DNA of 64,000 nt from Centroscyllium fabricii (GCA_051313645.2 JBNRSN020000028.1:14756001-14820000), one strand, 5' to 3'; shown: positions 49,513-61,574, counted from the stretch's first letter. Numbers and translations: made by a program. Notes: generated from the letters alone by a model not told the origin.

Positions 49513-49980
49513 TCATAGAATCATATAAAGTTCCAGAAGGGAAGGAGGCCATTCGGCCCATGGTGTCTGCGCCGGTTTCTCCAGCATAATCTCACTTTGC
49601 AGCTCCCGGTACATAGCCTCACAAGTTACTGCACTCCAAGAACATGTCGGAGCACTTCTTAAATGTGATGATTGTATTTGTCTCTACCATCCTTTCAGCC
49701 AGTGGGTTCCAGACCCCCAGAGCACGCAGGGTGAAAAAGATTCGCTCCAACTACCCTCTAATCTTTCTATCAATTAATTTCAATCTATGACTCCTGGTTA
49801 TTGGCCTCTCTGCTGTGGGTAAACCCACCCTATTTAGGCCCTTCACAATTTTATGCCCATCAATTAATTCTCCGCTCAGCCTCTTCCGTTCCAAGGAAAA
49901 GATCCCCTGTCTATTCAATATTTCTTCGTTGCTAAATTACTCCATTCCTGACAGTAACCTCGGAAAGTTCCTCTGCACTC
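49513..49980 (-). mobile_element. Degraded CR1 3' fragment
   Basis: catagaatcat..ggaggccattcggccc tail followed by ORF2-end remnants. Confidence 0.6.
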
Positions 49981-50084
49981 ATGACTCGGCCAGTTTAGTC
50001 AGTAGTGATGCTACCGAGCCCCTCTTTGGGATGGACATTGAAGTACATTCTGTGCTTTTGCTACTCTCAATGCTTCTTCAGAGG

Positions 50085-50950
50085 AAATGGCAGCATAGTG
50101 GTAATGTCAATGGGCTAGTAATCCAAAGGCTTGGATTTATGAGTTCATGAGATATGAGTTCAAATCTCACCACGGCAGCTGGGGAATTCAAATTGCTAAT
50201 TAAATACAAGCTGGAATAAAAATCTAGTATCATTAATGGTAATCATGGAACTATCGGATTGTCGTGAAAGTGAACACTGCAAAGTCCTCATCATTGAATC
50301 TGGACACCATTAAGTCTCATGGCTTAAGGTCAAGCATGGGCAAGGAAACCTGCTGAATACCAGCTGCCGCCCTCCCTCAGCTGATGAATCAGTACAACCT
50401 CCATGTTGAAGACCACTTGGAAGGAGCATTAAGAGGAGCAAGGTCACAGAATGTACTCTGGGGGGGCGGGGGGGGGGGGGACTTCAATGTCCATCGCCAA
50501 GAGTGACGTGGTAGTATCACTACTGGCTGTCCCTGAAGGACATAACTGCCACGAGGGAAAAACCTACTTGCCCTGGACTTCACCCGTGTCAGGTGCAGTA
50601 TTGGTCGCAGTGTCCACTGAACAGATCTAGCAGCTCAAAACTGGGCATCCAAGAGGCGTTTTGGCCCATCAGCAGCACCACAATCTGTACCCTCATGGCC
50701 CTGGCAAATCTCTCACTCTACCATTACCACCATGCTCGGGGACCAAACCTGGTTCAATAAGGAGTGCAGGGTGCCAGGAGCAGCACCAGGCGTACCTACA
50801 AATGAGGTACCGTGGCTGCAGTGGGTACCATTTACAAGATGCACTGCAGCAACTCGCCAAGGGTTCTTCGACAGCGTCTCCCAAACCCGCGCCCTCAACC
50901 ATCTAGAAGGACAAGGGCCGCAGGCGCCGGGAACACCACCACCTCCAAGA
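50085..50950 (+). mobile_element. SINE-like head plus internally deleted fragments of the second LINE family
   Basis: ggggacttcaatgtccatc (GDFNVH), cctggttcaat, atttacaagatgcactgcagcaactc shared with 47.5 and 58.9 kb. Confidence 0.6.
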
Positions 50951-52716
50951 TACACTGTCAAAACTAAGCCACGCTCCAGAAACTTCTTTCAGTCTCTTCC
51001 AGTGAAATTACATTTAAATGTTTTTAAGAAGCCTCTAAAAGCTCATTTAAAAACGTGTATTTGTTTGTGAAGCGATACCATAAGTTAGCAATCCTTTCAG
51101 ACGCACTCAAAGGGATTCCAATGTTGTCCTGCCGGGGCGACTAACACATTCGAACAGATAATAAGCAGGTTTTAAGAGAACACTGGATGAAATGATCTTG
51201 ACGATGTGTATGTGTCACAGCGATGCTCAATGTGAATTAAAGTTCGCGGCTACAACTAAAGTGCAGTGATTTGTCAGCAGGTCTTTGTCACAATCATCCT
51301 CACTGTACAACTTTTGTTCGATTTTAGAAAAAAAACATTCCTAATTTTGCTTTATTTTTTTCATACAAACTCACAATTTATAAGTCCCTAGATATACAAC
51401 TTCCTGTTTTGACACTCAGCAAAGCTCTAACAATGTTTCATAACGCCAACAAGTAATGTTGTTAAACTTCAGAAAGATTCCCAGCCAGTACTGACATTAC
51501 TTTTTAAATCCAGATTTATTTAACTGAAATTGAATATTCTAGCTGCCAGTGTTGGGATCTGAATTCACAGATTATCATAAATCATTAATTTAAGGTTCTG
51601 GGCTATTGGTGTCGTAACATAAATGCTCCACTACCATCCCCGATTAGTTTAATTGGTACCGAATCATCTCACTCGGTAGGTATAGGTATAGGTATAGGTA
51701 ATGCTGAGGAAATAGCCACATTCACAGTTTTAATATCAAAAAGAAATTGTTGCACATTTCAAACTGTATAATGGGCCCTGTTTTCCTGTGCTCCAGAGGA
51801 GCTGCACCCCCACGAAGGGGGGTCAGAAATGCCTCGTGGGTATGCAGCACGGGGGATGCCCACGAACGGGAATTTCCTGTGCTGATGGGCAAGGCCCTTC
51901 AGCTCCCAACGCAGGAAGACCTTGCACTGACAATTTCCTGTCAGAATGGGTGATTTTTAGAGAGTAATTCCGTGTGCAACTGGCTCACAAGCTGCCCACG
52001 AAAAAAACAGGAGTAAGAGGGTGAAGATTTAGTTTTTGAAGCAGGTAAGTTAATTTTTTAACTTTAATTTAAAGTTTTTAAAGTTTTGGGGAGTAGTGTG
52101 GCCAGATCGGTAGCGTTAAATTTTTAAGTTAAAATTAACAAATACGATTTTAAGTTAATTTACCTGTTTCAAATCGCTAATTTTTAAAGTTACATTTCTG
52201 AAATTTTTAACTCTCTAGCTAATTTAAAATTTAAAAAAATCTAAGAGGAAAAAATCGCTGACTTACCTTCCGTTTCTTCCTCTGAGAAGCTGCTGTGCCC
52301 CCGCGCTGCTCCCCGCGAGTCTGTTGTGCAGCTCCGCACTTCCCTGCTCTCACTAAGGTCCGACTCGGGATCTCGTCATTTAAATTAGGGATCTGGGGGG
52401 CGTTTGTTATTTAAATTAGGGATCTGTGGGGGCGTGGCTGGACACGCACCAACAAAAGCCTGACCCGTACGCAGCACCCGAAGACGTTTTTTTAAACAGG
52501 AAATTGACGTTCTGTTTTCTGAAAAAAGTTGTTGCGTGCGATTAGGCATCGCCAGGGTCCTAGCACACGCACAAACCGGTTCACAGCAAAACATGATTTC
52601 GCTGAAAGTTGCGAAGAAAGGAACTTTTCACGTAAACAGCCACGTTGCAACTACCGGAATGTTCTCTCTCTGGTTCATTGACGGGGCAATGGTTTGTGCT
52701 CATTCAACAGGAACAC

Positions 52717-52800
52717 ACCACGATGGCCCAGTAGTTAAGGCGTTGGACTTAAAATGCAAGGGACCAAATGTTCACGTAGGTTCCAGCTCTGCTCCTGATA
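52717..52800 (+). pseudogene. tRNA-Leu(TAA) pseudogene
   Basis: accacgatggcccagtagttaaggcgttggacttaaaatgcaa..ggttccagctctgctcctgata resembles vertebrate tRNA-Leu-TAA (long variable arm) with stem and B-box mismatches. Confidence 0.75.
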
Positions 52801-52999
52801 ATCTGTTTTCCAGTGTTGTTTCTCTGTTATTGTCTAATGACGTCAAGGGATCTGGAGGCAAGGCGGGTAAATGAGGTTGATGGGCAGATCAGCAATGATC
52901 TTATTGATATGCGGGGCAAGCTCAAAGGGCGGAATAGCCTCCTCCCGTTCATATAGAAGAAGAATGTTTATTCAAAGTACAGGAATGGAGAGGGGCAGC

Positions 53000-54075
53000 T
53001 GAAGAAAGAGGCAGAGAGAGAGAGAGAGAGAAAAAGAGAGATAGAGAGAGAGAGAGAGAAACATATAGCGGGAGATCGATTGACAGACCGAGAAAGAATG
53101 ATCCATTTCCTACAGTAAAATTATAGGCTTAGCACAGAAGGCCACAATCGTAGATCGGATTAGGAGTTTGTTAAGGCGGGTAAATTGTGTTAAGTTACAA
53201 ATCAGCGGTGTTCGAATTGAATTCAGGTTCGAGGGCCTACTCATGTTCCGGATGTTTCTAAAGATGAATTTATCTTAAAAATATATAGACAGAGAGAGAC
53301 AGAAGGAAAAAGTGGCCGTGGGAAAGAAACAGAGAGAGACAGACATCGCAGAAAAGAACATTAAAGGAGAAGGCTAGGCAGAGAGTAACAGAGTGAGACA
53401 AAGTGACAGACATGCAGGCGGAGAGGACCAGAGGGGGAGAAAGAAGCAGAGAGAAACAGGCCGAGAGAGAGAGAGAGAGAGAGATAGGCAGAGCGATAAA
53501 AAGAGTGAGAGACAGACAAAGAGGAACAGACAGAGGGATAGGCAGAGAGGAACTCAGAGACAGACAGAGACAGAGAGGAACAGAGGGAGAGAGAGGCAGA
53601 GAGGAACTCAAAGACAGACAGACAGACAGACAGAGAGGAACAGAGGGACAGAGAAAGAGAGAGACAGACAGACAGCAGAGAGGATCAGACAAAGCGATAG
53701 GCAGAGAGGAACTCAGAGAGAGGCAGAAAGACAAGTAGAGAGGAACAGAGCAAGAGAGAGAGCGAGAGACAGATTGGGGAAAAGGTTACAGAGAGAGCAA
53801 GACAGGCAGACAGGCAGAGAAGAACAGAGAGAGGGAAAAAAGGCAGATAGGAACAGGGCGAGAGAGAGAGAGGCAGATTGGCAGAGAGCTACAGAGTTTG
53901 AGAGACAGACAGACAAAGTGGAAAACAAAGAAATAAAGAGAGACAGACAGACGGGTAGAGGGGAACAGAGAGGGAGAGAGCCAGAAAGGCAGGAAGGCAG
54001 AGAGGAATCCAGAATGACAGACCGACGGACAAACAGCGAGAGAGTGAGAGAGACAGAAGGAAAGACAGAGAAATA
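53000..54075. repeat. GA/GACA-rich low-complexity tract
   Basis: (GA)n and (GACA)n mixtures. Confidence 0.9.
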
Positions 54076-54701
54076 ATTCTCAATTTCTTGCCATAAAAGG
54101 GAAGGTTCAGCACAGAAGGCCGCACCCGCAGATCAGTTGAGGAGTTTGAAAGATGCACTGTGTATTGATGTAGTGAAGAGAATTATAATTAAAAAGATTA
54201 AATCCTGCCGTGGTTAACAAGACAATGGTGTAAACTGGGCGGGCAAATGAACTCTTCCTATTTCTGTGTTGCATCTTCCTATCTCCTGATAGTGTCACAG
54301 CAACAACCAGTCAGTGACGGGGATGTGACCCGGAGGGCCCGAGACTGCCCGCTTTCAAGAACCGCACATTTCCCAGCGTCTAACCTCAGTGTCTGAGAGA
54401 CGCGCACCTGTTAACCGTTTTCTCTGTTCAGTTCCCCGTCTCCACACAGAGCAGTTAAACCAGCGGTTTCCGCAATGGGGCCGCTGACAGCTCAATGTCC
54501 GTCGACCCGTCAAACCCTTATTCAGTCACATTGATTTCATACAATAGGACAGGATTTAAAAATAAACCTAGAAATCAGAAATTGATTTCGAGGATTAATA
54601 AATGCCCCCTCTGTCTGTCAGTCTCCATTCTCTGTCTTTCTCCCTCTGTCTATCTCTGTCTTTCTAGCGATCTGTATCTCTCTCCTTCTCTCTCCGTTCC
54701 T

Positions 54702-54933
54702 NNNNNNNNNNNNNNNNNNNNNNNNNNNNNNNNNNNNNNNNNNNNNNNNNNNNNNNNNNNNNNNNNNNNNNNNNNNNNNNNNNNNNNNNNNNNNNNNNNN
54801 NNNNNNNNNNNNNNNNNNNNNNNNNNNNNNNNNNNNNNNNNNNNNNNNNNNNNNNNNNNNNNNNNNNNNNNNNNNNNNNNNNNNNNNNNNNNNNNNNNNN
54901 NNNNNNNNNNNNNNNNNNNNNNNNNNNNNNNNN
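54702..54933. other. Assembly gap
   Basis: Run of N. Confidence 1.
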
Positions 54934-55265
54934 TGTCCCCGTTCTGTCTCTGTCTCTAAGTTTAACGGTATTTTACCCCTTTCTCTCTTTGTCTCTCTAT
55001 CACTCTTTCTATCTATATGTGTGTGCCTTTCTCTCTCTCTCTCTGCCGCGCACTATTCTCACTACTTGAATGTCAAAAGATGCATTTCTTTAGTTCAGAT
55101 TTCGGAATATTCGCAAATGTCATTTTACTTCAATCAACCATTTTTTCCCTGTTGCAAACCCACAGCCGGAAACTGTGGGTATCTGATTCTGGTCCTGTCA
55201 GTGATGAAGTCTCACTGTCCACACATTGAGCTCCCATCCCGCAGGATAGGTCACAATCCAGCCAT

Positions 55266-55611
55266 TGTTTCCTTACGAGGCCTGTATCAGTTTAAAGCTC
55301 TGTGATCTTCAGCACACAGTAATACATCGCACTGTGACCCCGCTGTGAACCCGCCAGGGTTAAACTGAAGAACCGATCCGATACTCGGAGGGTAGAAGAG
55401 AATCGGCCTCCCACACCCTCTGGGGTTTGTTCTCCTCCCTCAGAATTCCCTCTGACTAAAAGCACCGGCGCCTCCCCCGTTCTCTGCCGATACCAGAGCC
55501 GATCATATCGGCGGCTGTCTGTGGAGCATGAACAGGGCAGCACCAGGCGCTCTTTCTCCACGCAGGGCACTGATGCTGTCGGTTTCTTTACTGTATTCGA
55601 ACAACACACTC
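55266..55611 (-). pseudogene. TCR V exon (delta-like), open frame but no leader found and weak RSS
   Basis: GVCCSNTVKKP..LVLPCSCST..LWYRQRTGEAPVLLVR..GRFSS..FFSLTL..HSAMYYCVLK; RSS CACAGAG + 23 + AAGGAAACA. Confidence 0.85.
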
Positions 55612-56202
55612 CTGCATAAATAAAAATAAAACAAATAGAGACTAAGACCCCGGAGACAGGATTATCTGCTCATCCCTCTCTTCATCCTAGAATCCTGGTA
55701 TGACAGAATGAGACAGCCCAGAAGGAGGCTATTCGGCCCATCGTGCTTGTGCCAGATCGTTGGTAGAGCGACACAATTAGTCCAACTCCCCTGTTCTTTA
55801 CACGGAGCCTTGGAAATGTTTGTCTTCGAGTATTTACCTAATTCCTTTCTGAAAGTAACTCCACCACACTTTCAGGCAGTACATTGCAGATCAGGGGAGG
55901 CGGTGGCGTTGTGGTTATGTCCCTAGACTAGTAAAACAGAGGGTCTAGTAAACCAGAGGCTCAGTCAAATGCTCTGAGGATATGGGTTAAAATCCCACCA
56001 CGGCAGCTGTAATGGGCACATCCCTGAACTACTCCGAAGGAGGAATAAATCTCTTCGATTGAAGTTGATTCTTCAAAAGTATTCCCAATTTAACCGTGTT
56101 TTGAACGCATGCTGACGGTTAATGGTGAATCGATTTTAGGGTTTTGTTGTTGAGGAGAAAAGTTCCATTTGTTAGAAATGAAAATCGAAGGTGATGTTGT
56201 CG

Positions 56203-57198
56203 TAGAAACATATAAGATAGGAGCAGGAGTAGGCCATTCGGTCCCTCGAGGCTGCACCGCCATTCAATTAGATCATGGCTGATCTTTGGCTGAGATCATG
56301 GCTGATCTTTCAAGTTCAGTACCCCGTCCCCGCCTTCTCTCCGTAACCCTTAATCCCTTTAGCCTGAAGAAATATATCCAATTCCCTCTTAAATATATTT
56401 AATGAACTGGCCTCCACTGCCCTCTGTGGCAAGGAATTCCACAGGCTCACCACTCTCTGGGTGAAGAAATTCTTCCTCATATCTGTCCTAAATGGTTTAC
56501 CCCTTATCCTTAGACGGTGGCCCCTGGTTCTGGACTCCCCCGCCATTGAAAACATTCTTTCTGAAGCTAACCTGTCTAGGCCTTTCAGAATTTTATATGT
56601 TTCGATGAGATCCCCTCTCAATCTTCTAAACTCCAGCTAGTACAAGCCCAAACTACACAATCTCTCCTCGTTGGTCATTCCTGCCATTCCAGGTATCATC
56701 CTGGTAAATCGCCGCTGCACTCCTTCCATGGCAAGAACATCCTTCCTCAGATGAGGCGACCAAAACTGTACACAATACTCAAGGTGTGGTCTCACCAGTG
56801 CCTTGTAAAGCTGTAGTAAGGTATCCTTATTCCTATACTCGAACCCTCTTGATATGAAGGCCACCATACCATTTGCCTTCTTAACCGCCTGTTGCACCTG
56901 CATGCTCGCCCTCATGCACAAAAACACCAGATCTCTCTGCACTTCCCCATCTCCCAATCTATTGCTATTTAAATAATAATCTGCCCTCCTGTTTTTGCCC
57001 CCAAAGTGGATAACCTCACATTTATCCACATTATAGTGCATTTGCCATGTATCTGCCCATTCCCCCAACTTGTCCAAATCGCACTTGAGCTTCCTGACAT
57101 CCTCTTCAGAGCCCACCCCACCTCCTAGTTTAGTGTCGTCTGCAAATTTGGAGATGTTGCATCCAATTCCCTGGTCCAGATCATTAATATATATTGTC
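56203..57198 (-). mobile_element. CR1-type LINE, 5'-truncated
   Basis: KFADDTKLGG..LVRPHLEYCVQFWSP..GYGEKAG plus 3'UTR. Confidence 0.95.
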
Positions 57199-57592
57199 AT
57201 AATATCACTGCCTCAGAATTTCCCATTAACCAGTGTTTACTCTCGAACGTTTTTGTCTGTGTTTGTCTATGTGTTTATCTATCTGTCTGTCTGTGTTTAT
57301 CTGTGCATCTTTTTCTGTGTGTGGTTATCTGTCTCTGGCCGTGTGTCAATTTATCTGTGCATGTTTGTCTGTGTGCTTATTTGTCTGAGTTTCTGTGTCT
57401 GTGTCACTCTGTGTGTTTATCTGTGTTTGTTCTACCAATGGTTTATGTGAGGCTTGGCGGAACACAGGAGGGCATTGTCTGATCACTTCTTAAATAGCTT
57501 CCGTCTCAAGCAACTCAGCTGAATATACATAAAATTCCTCCACAATATGCCAACCAGTTGTGTGTAAATGGGGTTATGCTGCCTGTGTGTGT

Positions 57593-57723
57593 NNNNNNNN
57601 NNNNNNNNNNNNNNNNNNNNNNNNNNNNNNNNNNNNNNNNNNNNNNNNNNNNNNNNNNNNNNNNNNNNNNNNNNNNNNNNNNNNNNNNNNNNNNNNNNNN
57701 NNNNNNNNNNNNNNNNNNNNNNN
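57593..57723. other. Assembly gap
   Basis: Run of N. Confidence 1.
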
Positions 57724-57842
57724 TTCTAGAATGATGCATCACAGAAGGAGGCCAATCGGCCCATCGTGTCTGTGCTCGCTCTTTAACAGAGCGATCAATT
57801 GGTCCCGCTCCCCAGCTCTTTCCCCATAGTCCTACAAATGGT

Positions 57843-58060
57843 TCACGGAGCCTAGTTCTTGTACAGCTGGTACTAATACCGATCGGGCTTACTGAGTCTT
57901 GTTGTGCAGTTGCAGTCTATTTTCACACCATCTCCTTCAGTGACGCTGAATCTGCCCGAATCTCCCCTGAATTAAAGATAACTGAGAGTTGAATACAACA
58001 CTGAGACACAAGGCATGGTCATACCTACCGAACAAAGCCACAATATAATGAGGTGACGGT
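57843..58060 (-). pseudogene. Partial tandem duplicate of the adjacent V (part of leader, intron, 5' half of exon)
   Basis: Highly similar to 58316-58530. Confidence 0.85.
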
Positions 58061-58121
58061 GTCCCTTGAACGGCGGGTTCCGTTGAACGGAAGGCTTTTT
58101 CTGTTGCAGTTTTATTTCATC

Positions 58122-58539
58122 GAGGTTTCTAACAGCGACAGATGAGTTTTAAACTCTGTGCTGCTCAGCAGACAGAAATACACGGCGGTGTCCTGGATTT
58201 CCGCTCAAGTGACCGTTAAATCAAATGCATTTTCTAGATTGGCTTGGCCGGCCTCGAACCTTCCCTTCGGAAAATGCTCCTTATTTGTGCGCTGATATCC
58301 CAGTACAAAATAAAACACGGAGCCTAGTTCTTGTACAGCTGGTACCAGTACAGATCGGGGTTACTGAGCCTTGTTGTGCAGTTGCAGTCTATTTTCACAC
58401 CATCTCCTTCAGTGACACTGAATCTGCCCGAATCTCCCCTGAATTAAAGATAACTGAGGGTTGAAGAGAATACTGAGACACAAGGCATGGTCATACCTAC
58501 CGAACAGAGCCACAATATAATGAGCTGATGGTACGACAT
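58122..58539 (-). pseudogene. TCR V pseudogene, 45.5-kb family
   Basis: Leader MSYHQLIILWL, 1 nt short; FR1 deletion between gtcac repeats; AAC-TAG stop; AEIQDTAVYFC; heptamer CACAGAG. Confidence 0.9.
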
Positions 58540-58544
58540 GGGCT

Positions 58545-59392
58545 CTTTTTTATCCATTGATGGGATGTGGGCGTCGCTGGCTGGCTAGGCCTGCATTTAG
58601 TGCCCATCCCTAATTGCCCTTGAGAAGATGGTGGTGAGCCGCCTTCTTGAACCGCTGCAGTCCATATGGTGTAGGTACACCCACAATGTTGTTAGGAAGG
58701 GAGTTCCAGGAATTTGGCCCAGCGACAGTGAAGGAGCGGCGATACAGGTCCAAGTCAGGATGGTGTGTGGCTTGGAGGGGAACTTGTAGGTGGAGCTGTT
58801 CCCATGCGTCTGCTGCCCTTGTCCTTCTAAGTGGTAGAGATCGCGGGTTTGGAAGGTGCTGTTGAAGGAGCTTTGGCGAGTTGCTGCAGTGCATCTTGTA
58901 GATGGTACACACTGCAGCCACAGTGCGCCGGTGGTGGAGGGAGTGAATGTTGAAGGTGGTGGATGGAGTGCCAATCAAGCGGCCTGCTTTATCCTGAATG
59001 GTGTCGAGCTTCTTGAGTGTTGTTGGAGCTGCACTCATCCAGGCAAGTGGAGAGTATTCCATCACACTCCTGACTTGTGCCTTGTAGATGGTGGAAAGGC
59101 TTTGGGGAGTCAGGAGGTGAGACACTCGCCGCAGAATTCCCAGCCTCTGACCTGCTCTTGCAGCCATAGTATTTATATGGCTGGTCCAGTTCAGTTTCCG
59201 ATGAATGGTGTTAGTGGGGGATTCAGCGATGATAATGCCATTGAATGTCAAGGGGAGATGGTTAGAGTCTCGCTTGTTGGAGATGGTCATTGCCTGGCAC
59301 TTGTGTGGTGCGAATGTTACTTGCCACTTGTCAGCCGAAGTCTGAATGTTGTCCAGGTCTTGCTGCATATGGACACGGACTGCGTCAGTATC
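58545..59392 (-). mobile_element. Second LINE family, 5'-truncated
   Basis: 252-aa ORF2 C-terminus QQDLDNIQ..KWQVTFAPHKC..YKAQVRSVMEYSPLAW..WNSLP. Confidence 0.9.
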
Positions 59393-60289
59393 TTCAGAAA
59401 GAACCCCTTGGAATTTCTATTTCCCTAGTTGCAATAAGTTACACTGAGCAAAGTAAGAACCTGTTCGAAAGGAAAGTATAACAGAATGTGAGGAAGTATC
59501 TCGTAAAAGGGGCAGAATTCATGAATTGCATTTTAAATCCGCCCCTGCTTCAGCTCGCATTCTGCTGAAAGCATCATCCGTGCCTTTGTTACTTCTAGAG
59601 TTGACTATTCCACTGCTCTCCTGACCGGCTTCCCACCTTGCACTCTCCGTAACCTGGTGCACATTCAAAACTCTGATGCCTGTGTGCGAACTCCCTCCAA
59701 GTGCTGTTCGCCCATCACACATGGGCTCGCTGTCCGACAACGCCGATCTGTAAAAGGAGGGTTGGATATTTGAAGACACCCGTTCTAATCCCCGCCCTCA
59801 ATAATCTGCGGTCGTGTCTCGGGCCGCTCTGACCTCACTTCCTGGTGTCCCCAGTGGTGCTGTGTCACCGATAGGTGGTGAGCTGGCAGCCCGTGAATGG
59901 AAACACCCCGAGCTGGGCCACAGTCAGTGTGTTTACAGGGAATGGTTCCGCTTTTGGATATTGGGAAGGGAATGAAAATCTTGTGTCGTTAATGTAACCG
60001 GAAACTCAGGATTGTAGATGGGGACAGAATATATTTCGGCAGTAAAGAGACAATCTGAATAACAATGGACATTGGGGGAACTCTGTGCGTGTGGTTTGCT
60101 TTGAAGAGCACATTCACTATCTTGTGAAATATGTTCATTGTGTACAAACTGTCTCTGACCCAGCAACAAACTCTGATCAAATAAAGTCTGTCTACAGGCC
60201 GCGATCAAAGGGTCCAGGACACTGCCTGGGGAAATGTGTAAAGGACTGCACAATATTACAGGCAGGCACGGAAAATTCTTTCGGAATAG

Positions 60290-60592
60290 ACGTTAAACCG
60301 AGGCCCCGTCAGCTCTCTCAGGTGGATGTAAAAGATCCCATGGCACTATTCGAAGAGCAGGGGAGTTATCCCCGGTGACCTGGCCAATATTTATCCCTCA
60401 ACCAACATCACTAAAGCAGATTATCTGGTCATTATCTCATTGTTGTTTGTGGGTGCTTGCTGTGTGCAAATTGACTGCCGCTGTTCCTACATTACAACAG
60501 CGACACTTCAAAAAGTACTTCATTGGCTGTAAAGCGCTTTGGGACGTCCGGTGGTCTCTAACGACGCTATACAAATGCAAGTCTTACATTCA
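60290..60592 (+). mobile_element. Deu-domain SINE 3' part with L2-like tail
   Basis: gatgtaaaagatcccatggcactatt..ggccaatatttatccctcaacc..tgtaaagcgctttgggac..cgctatacaaatgcaagt. Confidence 0.8.
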
Positions 60593-60773
60593 TTTTTAAA
60601 GTAGAAAAGGGGATTTAAGGCTCCACAGACATGATTAGCAAAGTTATGTTTTTTATCATAACTGCGAGTTGAATTCGCAAACTAATATAATTCCGCAAGT
60701 GTACCTCACCTGTTCTTGTTAGGTGTTGTGTTTTGTTGCTGTCACTGTGAAGGCTGAATTGTTTAGCGGGGTG

Positions 60774-60854
60774 AGAGCGCCCTCTGGTGACCACTTACTC
60801 GAACTCACAGTGTGGGTTTTTGTCCGGGATCCGCGAAAACTCTGCAGCAGAGTG
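60774..60854 (-). other. Orphan RSS plus CTCF motif (paralogue of 30137-30216); V exon absent
   Basis: Reverse complement CACTCTG + 24 + ACAAAAACC ... TCACCAGAGGGCGCT. Confidence 0.85.
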
Positions 60855-60956
60855 AAACACAGAAGACAGGAGCAGGAGTAGGCCATTCGGCCCGTCGAGC
60901 CTGCTCCGCCATTCAATGAGATAATAGCTAATTATCCAAACCCAGCACCCCCTCCG

Positions 60957-61163
60957 GTGGAGGTGCCGGTGTTGGACTGGGGTGGACAATTGTAAGAAGT
61001 CACACAACACCAGGTTATAGTCCAACAGTTTTATTAGAAATCACAAGCTTTCGGAGCGCTGCTCATTCTTCAGGTGAAGTCGACTGATGAAGGAGCTGCG
61101 CTCCGAAAGCTTGTGATTTCTAATAACGCTGTGGGACTATAGCCTGGTGTGTGACTTCTTACA
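60957..61163. mobile_element. Penelope-like palindromic relic
   Basis: Imperfect inverted repeat 60991-61163 with a hammerhead core in each arm. Confidence 0.7.
61041..61116. ncRNA. Two divergent minimal type I hammerhead ribozyme motifs (61041-61077 minus, 61084-61116 plus)
   Basis: CTGATGA-aggagc-tgc-gctcc-GAAA-GCTT on +; tcac-CTGAAGA-atgagc-agc-gctcc-GAAA-GCTT-gtga on -. Confidence 0.65.
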
Positions 61164-61574
61164 TCTCTCTATCGTGTTCGTGAAGGTGCCGCGTGTAGAA
61201 AACCAACTTGTCTCAATCTCTCGTTTCAACACAACAAAATGCCCAATTAATAGTAGCAGTTATAATAGATAATATATGATAACTGTAGCTCAGAGACATA
61301 TTTGAAATGGCAGCAGTTACTTTAAGCATCAGGCGGGAAACATGGGACAAATCTACGCCCTCTGTATGTAGCGGGGTACCTCAGATTTGGATTCTGTCTG
61401 GTTTCATATTGTTTTGAACGAGCTTCATTCAACAAATGTGTCTTGGATGTTAAGAATAAACAAAGAGAATCTCCGGGATTTACACTGAAGTTGTCATTGG
61501 CGCCGTGTATATGTTTATCTGCATTAATTTCTCTAATAATAATAATAGTAATAACAAGAAAAATGTGACATAAA

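Noticed and set aside
53270-54160. Arg/Glu-rich and Ser/Leu-rich ORFs
   Set aside because: Translations of the GA-rich simple repeat
60743-60812. CACTGTG..CACAGTG pair resembling a D segment
   Set aside because: The core is 56 bp long and the right-hand heptamer has no nonamer; it overlaps the flank of the orphan V RSS
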